Source: an uncultured virus (IMG/VR IMGVR_UViG_3300012277_000001) (Duplodnaviria; Heunggongvirae; Uroviricota; Caudoviricetes). Taken from it: DNA of 64,000 bases. The translations under genes were made by a program, and so were the position numbers. The stretch lies in IMG/VR virus record IMGVR_UViG_3300012277_000001, positions 186,001 to 250,000 of that record; one strand, 5' to 3'. This document shows positions 35,537 to 45,666 of the stretch, in pieces. Each line of letters starts with the position of its first letter. Within the stretch, counting starts at the first letter, position 1. Below the pieces are notes generated by a model. That model ran no database searches. It saw nothing but the letters and a program-made list of their open reading frames with translations, and was not told the origin of the DNA.

Positions 35537-38497
35537 ATGAAGTATGAGTATGTAGAATTTCCCTCCACGTACAAATATGGTAAGGCGCTGAAGCAGTACG
35601 ACATTACTGGTTTCGATCAGGTCGAGTTGGCAAAGCACGTTACGAAAAAAGCACGTGGAAAAATTCTGTTTGTGTTCGATTACATGCCCGGTGAAGCGAT
35701 GCGGAAGAACCGCATTCTTGACGGCGCAACCGGCGACCTCCTGTCTAACCTCATGTGGGCCGCAGAAGAGTATTACAAAGCGCCGAACAAGCTGGACGAT
35801 TACAACTGGCTGTGTATGAGTTATCACAGCTTCAAAACTGTCGGTGGTGCCCCGGCGTTCATCGAATTGGCACAGCAAGAATTCAAAAAGCGTTTGGAAT
35901 ATGTGATCGCTACCTACAAGCCCGATACCGTGGTGACGTTCGGTCCCGATCCAACCAAAGCAATCAGCGGCGAATTCATTTCGCAGCACAGTTCAGAACG
36001 TGGTGTGATGTGGCAACACTTCTACGGCGTGCCGATCAAAGCGAAAGCCACGTACAAAGACGTAACGCATAAATTCAACCACGTTTCCACGCTTAGCCTG
36101 CGTTCGTTGCAGAAGTCCGACGACACGATGGCAGCAGCCGGGTATGTTGCGCGCAACCTCACCACTGCGCTCAATGACGGCAAGCTGATGTACAAAATCC
36201 CGAAGCTTGATTACAAGATCGAAATGGTCGATACAATCAAGAAATTCGACAAGATGCTGAAAGTGATTACCAACGCTGAAGTCGTGGCCATCGACACCGA
36301 GGCCCGATCCCTGAAGCGCCGGAAAAACTATACGGTAACTTGGCAGTTTGCGACTGACAAAGGCAAAGCTTACATCCTGCCGTTCCTGCACAAGGATACA
36401 CCGTTCCTACCGAAAGAAATTGCGTACATCAAAGAGAAGTTGCGTGACTACTTCGAGCACAAATCGAAGAACAAATACAACCTCTACGCAAACGCCGCGT
36501 TCGACCTGATCGCTGCGCGCCGTGACCTCGGTGTTCGCTACTTCAAGTGCAAGTTGTGGTGTATTATCTCGGCGGAATTCGCCAAGGATGAAAACCACAA
36601 GGCGATTCAGGGTATCAGCGGGCGAAACTATTACTCGCTGTTGAACATCACCATGCAGTATGGATGCCGCGCCTATTACGAATCCGATTTCGGTAAGGAA
36701 CAGCGGGCATTCATCGCAGACATGGACCTCGACGGCCCGGTACTCACGTACATGGCCCTTGACGTAATCGTGCTGATTCACATTCAGCGGCTTCAGTTGA
36801 AGCAGGCGAAAGCCATCGGTTACAAGAAATACGAATCGGTCGTCTCCGAACAGTTGAGTGACCAGATTCACACGCTGTCAAACCTTGAGTTCAACGGTTC
36901 GTACGTCGATATCGACTGGCTGTTCAAACTCAAGTCGAAAGACTCGCACATTGTGCGCGAGAAAAACCGCGTGTTGAAAGCGCTGTATGAATCCGAGGGG
37001 GTGCAGAAGGCTAACAAGCTTCTGGCCAAACGTTCGGGTGTTCCGACCATGGGTCTGTTCGGTCGGACGAAAACGAAACTCTTCAAGATCAACAAGGAAG
37101 AGCACAAGCAACTGCTGTTCTTTGAAGTGCTGAAACTCAAGCCACTTACCCTGAATAAAAAGGGGTTGGGCAAGATCGACAAAGAGTTCCAGAAGAAATA
37201 CGAAGACGTTCCGGAAATCAAGCTGTTCACGGAACTGACGAAGATCGAAAAACTCTACAACGCCTACGTGAAGAGCTTCATTAAGAAATGGGGCGAAGAC
37301 GAAGACTTCCGCTATGACCGTTGCATGCGACCGCGATTCGGCTACCTCGACGTGGTTACTGGGCGTACGTCGGCGCGTGATCCTACGTTGCAGACAATTC
37401 CGTCCCGTTCTGAAATGGGTAAACTGATCAAGCGACTGTTTATCAGTCCCGAAGGTCGAATCATCATCAAAGTGGACTACTCGGCACACGAAGTTCGTTG
37501 CTGGTCCTTGATTTCTGGCGACAAGGATGTGGCTGATGCATTCCGCGTTGGTCTGAAGTTGCGTGAGAAATTCAAACGTAAACCAACCCTTGAACTTGCA
37601 AAAGAAATCGACTTCAAGGGTGACGTTCACAAGATTAACGCCGCGTACTTCTTCCGGAAGCCAATCGAAGCCGTTGACAAGGTGATGCGTCAATCGGTTA
37701 AGCAGGTTATTTTCGGTCTGATCTACCAGCAGGGCGCCAAGGGTACTGCCAAGTCGATTAACGCCACGGTTGAAATGGTTGAAGAGTTGACCGAGCAGTT
37801 CTTTAAACGCTTCCCTGTGGGTGCCAAGTGGTTCGATAAGGCGAAGGCTCACGCACGCAAACACCTGTTCGTTGAATCGCCTGTGGGTCGCCGCCGCAAC
37901 CTGTGGGGCCTGATCACTCCAAACAGCCACGAAGACGCGGGCAACATTACGTCGCGCTCCGAGCGGCAATCTGTAAATAGTCCAGTACAGGGCATGGGTT
38001 CCGACTTCATGATGACCGGTGCACGTTGCATCGAACGTCGTCGGTTCGAACACTTCCAAAAGACCGGCCACTACCCCGATTTCATTCAGGCGAACTCGGT
38101 ACACGACTCCCTCGAATTTTCGTGTGCATACGAAGACTTCTGGTTGGCTATCGGCATGATCGAACAAGGCCTGACCCACGACGTGGAAAAAGAAATGATC
38201 GCACGTCATGGTTTCAACTTCGATATTCAGCTGGAAATCGACTTCGAATTCGGTTACTCACTGGACAAGTGCGAAGGCTGGAACTATGCGTTGCAGGGCG
38301 ATTTCAAAACCAAGGACAAAGAATCACTTGATGACCTCCTGAAGTCTACGCTGAAGGGTCAGAAAGAAGTTCTCGGCTATGACATTGATCCGAAGAAAGT
38401 CTACAAGACGATCATGGGTCGCATGAAAGAGGACGCCCCCGAATGGGTTCTGAAACAGAAGAAATTCTGGAAGAAACAGGAGAAGGAAGCGGCATAG
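35537..38497 (+). CDS. polA: Family A DNA polymerase with N-terminal uracil-DNA-glycosylase-like domain and 3'-5' exonuclease
   Basis: Exo motifs AIDTE, NAAFDL, YMALDV; VTGRTSARDPTLQTIP; motif A DYSAHEVR; motif B RQSVKQVIFGLIY; motif C VHDS. Confidence 0.93.
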   Translation: MKYEYVEFPSTYKYGKALKQYDITGFDQVELAKHVTKKARGKILFVFDYMPGEAMRKNRILDGATGDLLSNLMWAAEEYYKAPNKLDDYNWLCMSYHSFKTVGGAPAFIELAQQEFKKRLEYVIATYKPDTVVTFGPDPTKAISGEFISQHSSERGVMWQHFYGVPIKAKATYKDVTHKFNHVSTLSLRSLQKSDDTMAAAGYVARNLTTALNDGKLMYKIPKLDYKIEMVDTIKKFDKMLKVITNAEVVAIDTEARSLKRRKNYTVTWQFATDKGKAYILPFLHKDTPFLPKEIAYIKEKLRDYFEHKSKNKYNLYANAAFDLIAARRDLGVRYFKCKLWCIISAEFAKDENHKAIQGISGRNYYSLLNITMQYGCRAYYESDFGKEQRAFIADMDLDGPVLTYMALDVIVLIHIQRLQLKQAKAIGYKKYESVVSEQLSDQIHTLSNLEFNGSYVDIDWLFKLKSKDSHIVREKNRVLKALYESEGVQKANKLLAKRSGVPTMGLFGRTKTKLFKINKEEHKQLLFFEVLKLKPLTLNKKGLGKIDKEFQKKYEDVPEIKLFTELTKIEKLYNAYVKSFIKKWGEDEDFRYDRCMRPRFGYLDVVTGRTSARDPTLQTIPSRSEMGKLIKRLFISPEGRIIIKVDYSAHEVRCWSLISGDKDVADAFRVGLKLREKFKRKPTLELAKEIDFKGDVHKINAAYFFRKPIEAVDKVMRQSVKQVIFGLIYQQGAKGTAKSINATVEMVEELTEQFFKRFPVGAKWFDKAKAHARKHLFVESPVGRRRNLWGLITPNSHEDAGNITSRSERQSVNSPVQGMGSDFMMTGARCIERRRFEHFQKTGHYPDFIQANSVHDSLEFSCAYEDFWLAIGMIEQGLTHDVEKEMIARHGFNFDIQLEIDFEFGYSLDKCEGWNYALQGDFKTKDKESLDDLLKSTLKGQKEVLGYDIDPKKVYKTIMGRMKEDAPEWVLKQKKFWKKQEKEAA

Positions 38498-38832
38498 ATT
38501 ATACTGGATGGAGGGTGAATCAGTTCACCCTCACCGTACTGGCCGAGGAAGCAAGCGTGGAAGACCCACGCTTGTTCGACTTTTGCCAATTCTTGCAGCG
38601 TCTTATTCCCGAGCTAAACCAACCTGAATCGAAAATGGTTGTGTACCCAACGATGGAATCGACTCTCGCATTTCTGGAAACGTTGGAGCAGCAGGTGCTC
38701 GATAAATATAAACTCGTTTTCATGTGGGGTTGTGAGGTAGCTATTCTGGACCTAGAGCGGCAAACTGTCGCAATGGAAATCCAACTGTACCGGTACGACC
38801 ACGTGGGAATCTTTGAGTACAACCTACAATGA
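38443..38832 (+). CDS. Hypothetical protein (start uncertain)
   Basis: ORF filling the gap between polA and the clamp gene. Confidence 0.4.
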   Translation: MGSETEEILEETGEGSGIDYTGWRVNQFTLTVLAEEASVEDPRLFDFCQFLQRLIPELNQPESKMVVYPTMESTLAFLETLEQQVLDKYKLVFMWGCEVAILDLERQTVAMEIQLYRYDHVGIFEYNLQ

Positions 38833-39971
38833 AATTGATCGAAGGTAACGAACTGGAGTTCACCGCTGTCGGTAAAGACGTGGCGGCCACTCTGTCGAAA
38901 ATCATCAACGTCACGACCTACATCAAGGCCGACGATGCGAAATTCATCATCAGCTGTCAAAAGGGTAAAGGCATTTACCTGATCGGCAGTTCCACCGATG
39001 CGCTGGCCTGTGCAAAAATCAAAGGCGAGTGCACCAAATCCGGCACCATCAAAGTCGATGCAGCCACCATGATCGGCCTGCTAAAATCCCGTGGCGAATG
39101 CAAATTCAAGACGGGTCAAGGCAAGATCGCATTCAAGGAATCGAAAGGCAATTTCCAAGCACAATTGGACGTTACCGAATTCGATGCTGACGATATTCTG
39201 ATGCTGGAACATCAATTGGTTGGCACCAAGACCCAGCCAATGCCAGCGGAAATCGTGAGTGCCCTGCGCGAAGCGGTGAAGCGTGTGCGTCTGACCGACT
39301 TCTACGGCGGATCAGAATTGCCGATCATCTTCGAAATTGGGCAGAAGGTAATGCGTGTGTATTGCCACGACGAACACCACGTCGCTCTGTTCAAAATCAA
39401 GGTGAAAGATTCGGTGCCGCTGCGCACTTCGCTACCGGCGAAAGCATTCAGCGTAATCGAGAAATTCATCGAGTCCGACAAGATCAGTTTTGCGGTGGAA
39501 GGCGGGCGTTTCCGTGCGACTGGGGCAGACTTCACGGTATCCATTCCAGAAGGTCAGTTGCTGTACGGCGCAATCGGTCAAGTTGTCGAGTATTTCAAAG
39601 CACTGGACAACCTGAAACCAATGTCGGCCATGACCTTCGACACGAAAGCCGTGGCGGTTGTGGGCAACATGTCGGTGCTCACGGACGGCACAACGAAAAT
39701 GGCACTGCACCTTGAAAAAGGTTCGGCATCCATGAGCGTGCAGGGTAAAGGCGGTCGTGTATCGGACAAGTTCAAAGCGAACGTGACTGGTAAGCCTCTG
39801 GACATTCGCGTTGACCCCCGCATTTTCATGGACCTGTTCAACAAAATTTCCGGCGTTGAAATCGACATGAATTTCTACAAGGTGCCGGGTGCAATGAGCG
39901 CCTACCGCCTTGGGACCAAAATCGACGGCGGAACCCTGACATTGGTCGGCACCTATGATGAAGCGAAATAA
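38829..39971 (+). CDS. Putative sliding clamp (DNA pol III beta-like)
   Basis: 380 aa with a three-fold alpha/beta pattern typical of beta clamps; lies after polA; DnaX-like loader present. Confidence 0.6.
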   Translation: MKLIEGNELEFTAVGKDVAATLSKIINVTTYIKADDAKFIISCQKGKGIYLIGSSTDALACAKIKGECTKSGTIKVDAATMIGLLKSRGECKFKTGQGKIAFKESKGNFQAQLDVTEFDADDILMLEHQLVGTKTQPMPAEIVSALREAVKRVRLTDFYGGSELPIIFEIGQKVMRVYCHDEHHVALFKIKVKDSVPLRTSLPAKAFSVIEKFIESDKISFAVEGGRFRATGADFTVSIPEGQLLYGAIGQVVEYFKALDNLKPMSAMTFDTKAVAVVGNMSVLTDGTTKMALHLEKGSASMSVQGKGGRVSDKFKANVTGKPLDIRVDPRIFMDLFNKISGVEIDMNFYKVPGAMSAYRLGTKIDGGTLTLVGTYDEAK

Positions 39972-40401
39972 CATCAGCCCGATTTTCAGCCTTGCCGATA
40001 CCTTCACGCACACGGTGCAGGAGGTTGATACATTCGAGGACTTCGGCAAGGCTCACGATGGCCACCATATCGGGCTGTTTTTCCGTAAGCTGGTCGATAC
40101 GCCGATGCTGATCGACTTTGAAAACCCTGAAGTGTTGAATCGCTTCTGCAAAATGTACAACTTCGTCAATGCGCGGCGCTCAATCTACGGCCACCTGTTC
40201 GTTGTATCGGACGCATCCAAGGTGGAATTAGAGCCGCACAAAATGATTGTGACGTGCAACAAAAAGGAACTGCATGACTACGTGCAGCACCCGATCACGT
40301 CATACAAACAAAAACTGTTAATATTTAAGAGCAGCACGGGTTCTGTGCTGGCTATCAGCGGTAATGCCAAATCCCCTTACCTTGTGACGGAGGCCGTATG
40401 A
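39955..40401 (+). CDS. Hypothetical protein
   Basis: ORF in the operon. Confidence 0.55.
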   Translation: MMKRNNISPIFSLADTFTHTVQEVDTFEDFGKAHDGHHIGLFFRKLVDTPMLIDFENPEVLNRFCKMYNFVNARRSIYGHLFVVSDASKVELEPHKMIVTCNKKELHDYVQHPITSYKQKLLIFKSSTGSVLAISGNAKSPYLVTEAV

Positions 40402-40727
40402 TGAAGCTTACCGACGAAAAGATTGCCTTGATCCTGCGTCACAATGTGGCGGCTGCCCGTGCGGTCCTTGAGCATGACGACCCTAGTCCGTATCCACCAA
40501 TTGATTTGACGCATTTCCCTGAGTGTAAAAAGCGTCTTTATCTGTCGGCGGTTAAAGACCTGAAGCTTAATGTTGAAGGGAAATACATGCCCCACGAAAT
40601 GTGGTTCGAAACCCACTGGGCGCTGTTCCCGTTTACCAACCGCTGGTGTGAACTCACTACTGCATCGCAGCGCTTCGTGGAATACGTCCACTGCCTGTGT
40701 CAACAAATGACAATGGTCCGGAACTGA
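40398..40727 (+). CDS. Hypothetical protein
   Basis: GGAGG RBS. Confidence 0.55.
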   Translation: MMKLTDEKIALILRHNVAAARAVLEHDDPSPYPPIDLTHFPECKKRLYLSAVKDLKLNVEGKYMPHEMWFETHWALFPFTNRWCELTTASQRFVEYVHCLCQQMTMVRN

Positions 40728-40728
40728 A

Positions 40729-41124
40729 ATGAGCAAATATTTCGAAGAGCAAGAACTGGCGGAAGTGGTATGTGCCATGATCGCCACCTTCGCCCGCGTG
40801 TGTGGCATCAAGCATTATCCCAGCTGGGAACAGCAGGTGTTCGCGGATCGTCAACGCTACGTTGATTATCTCGACACCCTGACCGATCAGCTGGCCGATC
40901 ACTTCTCGATGTACGAAGGCGACGACGTTGAAGATGGCGAGACTCCCCCGCCGTTCGATGCTGGTATCTGGTATCGCGAAGCGTGGCGCATTTTCCCGTG
41001 GGCCGAACCAGACTACGGCAACCTGACGCATTTGCAGCAGGATTTCGTGGCACAGGTTGCGGAGTTTTCAGCAATGATGATCGGGCACTACAGCACCGAA
41101 CTCGAAGAGGGTAGCAATGAGTAG
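40729..41124 (+). CDS. Hypothetical protein
   Basis: ORF in the operon. Confidence 0.55.
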   Translation: MSKYFEEQELAEVVCAMIATFARVCGIKHYPSWEQQVFADRQRYVDYLDTLTDQLADHFSMYEGDDVEDGETPPPFDAGIWYREAWRIFPWAEPDYGNLTHLQQDFVAQVAEFSAMMIGHYSTELEEGSNE

Positions 41125-41662
41125 TCGTGAAGAACTGAAGGCGATTCGTAAGAAGATTCGACAGGATGAACGGTTTCAACAATTCCTGAAAAACTTCCGT
41201 GGCAACCCTGCGTATCAAATTCCGTTTGAAACGTACCACGAAGAACTGCAACGCCTTCACACCACGCGACTGACCCGTGAACTGAAGCGCAAGAAATCGC
41301 GTTCGTTCCCCGAGAAAGCATTGGACGCCATGTTGCAGGATCAGGCCACGCGTTCGCGCTGTGCTGAAATCCTCGGTGAGTGTTCCAAGATCAGCAGCGC
41401 CATGGAACGTACGCTTTCCAAGTTGCGCGATTACCTGCTGTCCGAATACGGCGGGTACATGAAAATCGTCGGCACCGTTGCCGAGCGTAAGGCGTTTGTC
41501 GAAGCAGTCATGCGCGACTTCTACGATTTCTTCGATGAAGTTAAAACCCTCGAAAAATCAGCCGGTATCGTTATTGAAGATATCGACAAGGCAAACTACA
41601 TGTACAAAAACCTTGTCGAACTTATCAAAGTCCTCTCAAGACCAGAACAGGTAATGTTATGA
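41117..41662 (+). CDS. Helical coiled-coil protein, possibly a UvsY-like recombination mediator
   Basis: All-helical, 181 aa, near the UvsW-like helicase. Confidence 0.4.
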   Translation: MSSREELKAIRKKIRQDERFQQFLKNFRGNPAYQIPFETYHEELQRLHTTRLTRELKRKKSRSFPEKALDAMLQDQATRSRCAEILGECSKISSAMERTLSKLRDYLLSEYGGYMKIVGTVAERKAFVEAVMRDFYDFFDEVKTLEKSAGIVIEDIDKANYMYKNLVELIKVLSRPEQVML

Positions 41663-41988
41663 AAACAGCATTCGTGTACGTTCCCGACAGCGTGTATCCA
41701 GACGATGTTCTGGAACACTTTGGGAATACCCGCCTGCCCAGCTGTGCCAAGGCCGTGTTCTTCACGCCAGAAGCCATGGGCGAGGCTACCGAACAGGATA
41801 CGATTCGGGATTTTCGCGAAGAAATCGCGGCGTACACGAATGAGCATGACGAACCTGTTATGGTCGGCGTTTACACCGATGACGTTCGGGTGTTGCGTCA
41901 CGTAATTTTTGACCTGATCGAGCACGGACAGCCCGTCGTCTTCGAACTCACAGAACAACAGCAGCAATTGATTGGTGCTTGCAAATGA
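41659..41988 (+). CDS. Hypothetical protein
   Basis: ATGA overlap. Confidence 0.55.
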   Translation: MKTAFVYVPDSVYPDDVLEHFGNTRLPSCAKAVFFTPEAMGEATEQDTIRDFREEIAAYTNEHDEPVMVGVYTDDVRVLRHVIFDLIEHGQPVVFELTEQQQQLIGACK

Positions 41989-42401
41989 ACGAAGCCGCAC
42001 GGGGCTTTTCGCCCTGCCTAATTGCCATTAAGAGCAATCGCAAGACGTGGGAATCCTACGACAGCACAGGGATGTTTGTATGGGGCGAGCATTTCCACTT
42101 GCTGGAGCCTGACGACCGTGTGTTCCAAACCCTGCGCGAGTCGGGGCAACGCCCGATTGCGGTATGCGAGTTCGAAACCATCGAGCAGCTGCATAGCCAA
42201 TTGGTATCGACCTACTATTCTGTAAATAACCCACTGGGCGGGGTGACTGTTTACCCGCGACGTTGGACCAGTGCCGATGTGAACGAATTCGTTGAAATGC
42301 AGACCGGGCCGCGCATGACAATTCGCGCCTCTTTGCAGTTGGGTAGCGAATTCTGCTTGACCGAAGAATCCCGCAATTTTATCCGAGGTAATCATGCATA
42401 A
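41985..42401 (+). CDS. Hypothetical protein
   Basis: ATGA overlap. Confidence 0.5.
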   Translation: MNEAARGFSPCLIAIKSNRKTWESYDSTGMFVWGEHFHLLEPDDRVFQTLRESGQRPIAVCEFETIEQLHSQLVSTYYSVNNPLGGVTVYPRRWTSADVNEFVEMQTGPRMTIRASLQLGSEFCLTEESRNFIRGNHA

Positions 42402-42422
42402 CTGGAAAGCCCTTAGCGTCTA

Positions 42423-44102
42423 ATGGGCAAGATCATCGTATCGGATAAGATGTACATTCCCCGGATCGACCTGAAGGAATCGCGAGTCAAGAAAGCGTAT
42501 TTTCACGACTTCTTTTCCGATCAGGGTTGCCGGTCCTGTGAACTACGGCCAGAACGCCCGGTACAAGCCTGCAAAGGCTGTGAGAACTTCAACGGCTCAT
42601 ACCGGCTGGCTGTGTCACGCGTAATTGGGAATCAAGAGTACATCGGCCTGCCGTTGGGCGACCGACAGAACATTGAAGAAAAGATGCGCATTGATTTCAA
42701 CGATTACAAGATCGTGGACAAGCGCACCAAAGTACCGTTCGACTACAAGGTTAAAATCGACCTCGGCGAAGATCGCGATTGGTTCAGCTACCAGCTGAAG
42801 ACAGTCAAGAAAATGAAAGAGGCCAAGTATGGCCTTTTTGTGCTTCCGCCGCGTTCGGGTAAATCGTTGACGGCACTGAAATTGGCAATCGAACTGGGCT
42901 ACAAAGTCCTACTGATGGCCGACCAATACGACTTCCTCAATCAGTTCATTGGGGATATCGAAGAGTCAACGAACCTGCCAGCCTTGCAGGAAAAAACAGG
43001 CAAGAAACTTTACGGATTCATCAAAACGAAAGAAGACCTCAAAGACATTCAGATTGGTATTATCACCTACCAATCGTTTTTGAGCGAGAACGGTCGCAAG
43101 CTGATGAAGGCCTGCAACAAGGTTTTCGGCACCGTAATTGTGGACGAAGTGCAATCCACGGGTGCGCCTGAATTCGCCCGCACCATGAACAGCCTGAAGA
43201 TGCGGTATCGCTTCGGCTGCACCGGTACGTGGACCCGCAAAGACGGCAAGCACATCATCACCGCACTGGTCATGGGGCCGCCCAAGTCCGAAATCAAACG
43301 TGCGCAGCTGGTGGCGAAGATGCTAGCTGTTGATACCGGAATGAAATCGAAAGGGGTGTTCAAGGGTAAACCGGGGTTCGTTAAACTCGGTAAATCACTT
43401 TCCACCAACAAGAAACGAAACGACTTCATTATTTCGTGGATCTTGAAAGACCTTGAGGCCGGGCATTCCATCGTCGTGCCATGCCATTTCAAGGACCACA
43501 TTTTCGAAATCGTCAAGCGTGTGAATGGGGCTGTCGGTTACGAAGTTGCGGCTGCCTTCGTGGGCGGCGGCGGTAAGAAAAACAAAGAGGATCGCGACCG
43601 TATTAAACGGTTGGCAGGCGAGCGTAAAATCCGCGTAGTGGTGGGCATCCGCAAACTGCTGCAACGGGGTATCAACGTTAAGCCGTGGTCGTGCCTGTAC
43701 TACATCATGCCGATGAACAACCCGGAAAACTGGAAACAGGAATCGTCGCGTATCCTCACGCCTGATCCTGCGAAGCGGACGCCTATTATCCGTTTCTTCG
43801 TTGATACCGGGGCGCAGGCTAGTTTGAAGTATTGCGCGAAGACTTGGCAGCAGGCGCTAGAGTTTAAGCACGTGCCCACGGAGTTAGCCGAAGAGCGTAT
43901 GCGCCAATGGCTGCGCAACGTGAAGCGTGATATCACCGAAGATTTCGATCCCGAACAGGAAGTCGAAGTATCGACGGTTGCACAGCAAAAAGACAACGGG
44001 ATGTTCGGTGGCATGTTTAGTCAAATCGGCGCCCGTATCAAGAAACGTGGGTCAGAACAACGAGCGGAGACGAAAGCGCGATGGAAGAACAAAAACCGGT
44101 AG
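42423..44102 (+). CDS. SF2 DNA helicase (UvsW-like) with an N-terminal Cys cluster
   Basis: LPPRSGKS, IVDEVQ, GCTGT, QRGINV; CRSC...CKGC. Confidence 0.85.
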   Translation: MGKIIVSDKMYIPRIDLKESRVKKAYFHDFFSDQGCRSCELRPERPVQACKGCENFNGSYRLAVSRVIGNQEYIGLPLGDRQNIEEKMRIDFNDYKIVDKRTKVPFDYKVKIDLGEDRDWFSYQLKTVKKMKEAKYGLFVLPPRSGKSLTALKLAIELGYKVLLMADQYDFLNQFIGDIEESTNLPALQEKTGKKLYGFIKTKEDLKDIQIGIITYQSFLSENGRKLMKACNKVFGTVIVDEVQSTGAPEFARTMNSLKMRYRFGCTGTWTRKDGKHIITALVMGPPKSEIKRAQLVAKMLAVDTGMKSKGVFKGKPGFVKLGKSLSTNKKRNDFIISWILKDLEAGHSIVVPCHFKDHIFEIVKRVNGAVGYEVAAAFVGGGGKKNKEDRDRIKRLAGERKIRVVVGIRKLLQRGINVKPWSCLYYIMPMNNPENWKQESSRILTPDPAKRTPIIRFFVDTGAQASLKYCAKTWQQALEFKHVPTELAEERMRQWLRNVKRDITEDFDPEQEVEVSTVAQQKDNGMFGGMFSQIGARIKKRGSEQRAETKARWKNKNR

Positions 44103-44299
44103 AACAAATCGACCCGGAAACTGCCAAGCTGCAACTGGCTGAAGCGCTGAAGGAAATGGCCAAACGTGATCCGAAGCAGTACAAAAAGATCATGGCGCAA
44201 ATGTTCCCGAATGCGGCTTTGCTGGATCAGCTGCATAAGCCAAAGGTTAAAGCTAACCGTAAGCAACGTCGGGCCATGAAAGCGCGGGGTCTGGTGTGA
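44081..44299 (+). CDS. Small basic protein (NRKQRR motif)
   Basis: 72-aa ORF. Confidence 0.55.
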   Translation: MEEQKPVEQIDPETAKLQLAEALKEMAKRDPKQYKKIMAQMFPNAALLDQLHKPKVKANRKQRRAMKARGLV

Positions 44300-44442
44300 A
44301 AGAAATCCTCAACTGGATCGGTTACGGGATTGCGGGGGCGGCCCTCGTTTGGGCTGCCGTTACGCTGTACCGGGGCCACAAAGAAACACAACGGCTAGTT
44401 TCAGAAATAGAATGCCACAACAAAAAGGAAAATGGACCATGA
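44296..44442 (+). CDS. Small membrane protein, absent from the ORF track
   Basis: GTGA and ATGA overlaps; hydrophobic ILNWIGYGIAGAALVWAAVTLY. Confidence 0.5.
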   Translation: MKEILNWIGYGIAGAALVWAAVTLYRGHKETQRLVSEIECHNKKENGP

Positions 44443-44762
44443 AATCTTGGCGACTGCGTTTTTATACGTGGTTGAAAAAGTGGGCAGCGGAAAATGAACG
44501 CGAAGCTGTACGGGCAGCCCTGCCCATGAGCGGTGATCTGAAGTGCCCGCACTGCAACACGTGGGGCTTCAATATGCCTAACCACAAATGGGCAGACGCA
44601 CAGAAAAACACGCCAACTGAAAACCATGACCGCTACAAATGTGGCCAGTGTGGGCAATGGACGACGTGGTTTGATACGGGCATGTTTTTGAAGCTGGATG
44701 ATCCGGCATTTCCAAATGAGCGGGTGCGTGACGTAAATGGGAAGCTTGCATATGATCAGTGA
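44439..44762 (+). CDS. Zinc-ribbon protein
   Basis: CPHC...CGQC. Confidence 0.55.
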   Translation: MKSWRLRFYTWLKKWAAENEREAVRAALPMSGDLKCPHCNTWGFNMPNHKWADAQKNTPTENHDRYKCGQCGQWTTWFDTGMFLKLDDPAFPNERVRDVNGKLAYDQ

Positions 44763-45039
44763 ATTTTTCCGCAAGCTTTTCGGTATTCGTACCTACGAGG
44801 AAGATTTTCAGGCTGGTGTGCAATACGCGGTAGAGCAGTTGAATCGCTATGCGGGCAGCCTTTACGAATACCATCGGCTGTGGGCCGAGTGTGATTCTGG
44901 CGGTGTAGAACCGAGCGGATTTGATGCTGGCGTGCGGCAAGTATTGCGGATGCGGAATATCCCACATCCGATGGACCCACCAAATTTGGGAAAACACAAT
45001 GGCATACTTCATGACTGTGTATGTGGACGGAAAACCTGA
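44752..45039 (+). CDS. Hypothetical protein
   Basis: ORF in the operon. Confidence 0.45.
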   Translation: MISEFFRKLFGIRTYEEDFQAGVQYAVEQLNRYAGSLYEYHRLWAECDSGGVEPSGFDAGVRQVLRMRNIPHPMDPPNLGKHNGILHDCVCGRKT

Positions 45040-45316
45040 ACAGCGTGAATTGGATCAGGTAGAAGTTCTGCCACGCGGCAGGCTTCCACGGCTGGTTCCT
45101 GTTCTGTACGAAGGCGAAGAAATGCGCCGTACCGTCGAAGGTAAAGTGATCGTGTTCAAAACGCAAATTGCGTCGCGTTTTGTTAGTTCGGTCATAGCCG
45201 ATTGGAATTGTGGTGAGCATGAAACTTTCACCGCCACGTATTCTGATGGTTCCACCGAAAGCTGGGACCGTTACCGCTACGAAGCGTGGAAGGAATTACA
45301 AGATGGCGCAGTTTAG
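44999..45316 (+). CDS. Hypothetical protein
   Basis: ORF in the operon. Confidence 0.45.
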   Translation: MAYFMTVYVDGKPEQRELDQVEVLPRGRLPRLVPVLYEGEEMRRTVEGKVIVFKTQIASRFVSSVIADWNCGEHETFTATYSDGSTESWDRYRYEAWKELQDGAV

Positions 45317-45647
45317 TCGCGGTATGAGCGTGCCACCGAACGGCTGGCCGCAAATGCAGTTGGAAGAACTGCAACTCGAACTGGCGCAAGATGCTATGAA
45401 GAACATCCGCCTAGATCCTGATATCAAAGCGCGGCTTGATGCCGGTGAATTCTCTGTTGAACAGCGCAAGCAACTTCAGGCCCGTATTTACCGCATGCTG
45501 TACGGCAACGCCAAGGATGTGACGGATCGCGGTGAAGATTCTATGTCGCAGGCTGAGCGTCACGAAGCGAAGATGGAGATTTACAAGGCTCTGTACTGCA
45601 CCGACTTCGACAAGCTGATAGAAACTGTAAACAATCAAGACTCTTAA
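45303..45647 (+). CDS. Hypothetical protein
   Basis: AAGGA RBS. Confidence 0.55.
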   Translation: MAQFSRGMSVPPNGWPQMQLEELQLELAQDAMKNIRLDPDIKARLDAGEFSVEQRKQLQARIYRMLYGNAKDVTDRGEDSMSQAERHEAKMEIYKALYCTDFDKLIETVNNQDS

Positions 45648-45666
45648 CTCACTAACGGACCCGACC

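Noticed and set aside
35537..38497. Intein or intron in polA (or in the helicases and ligase)
   Set aside because: Conserved motifs are contiguous, and I saw no splice-junction or homing-endonuclease motifs.
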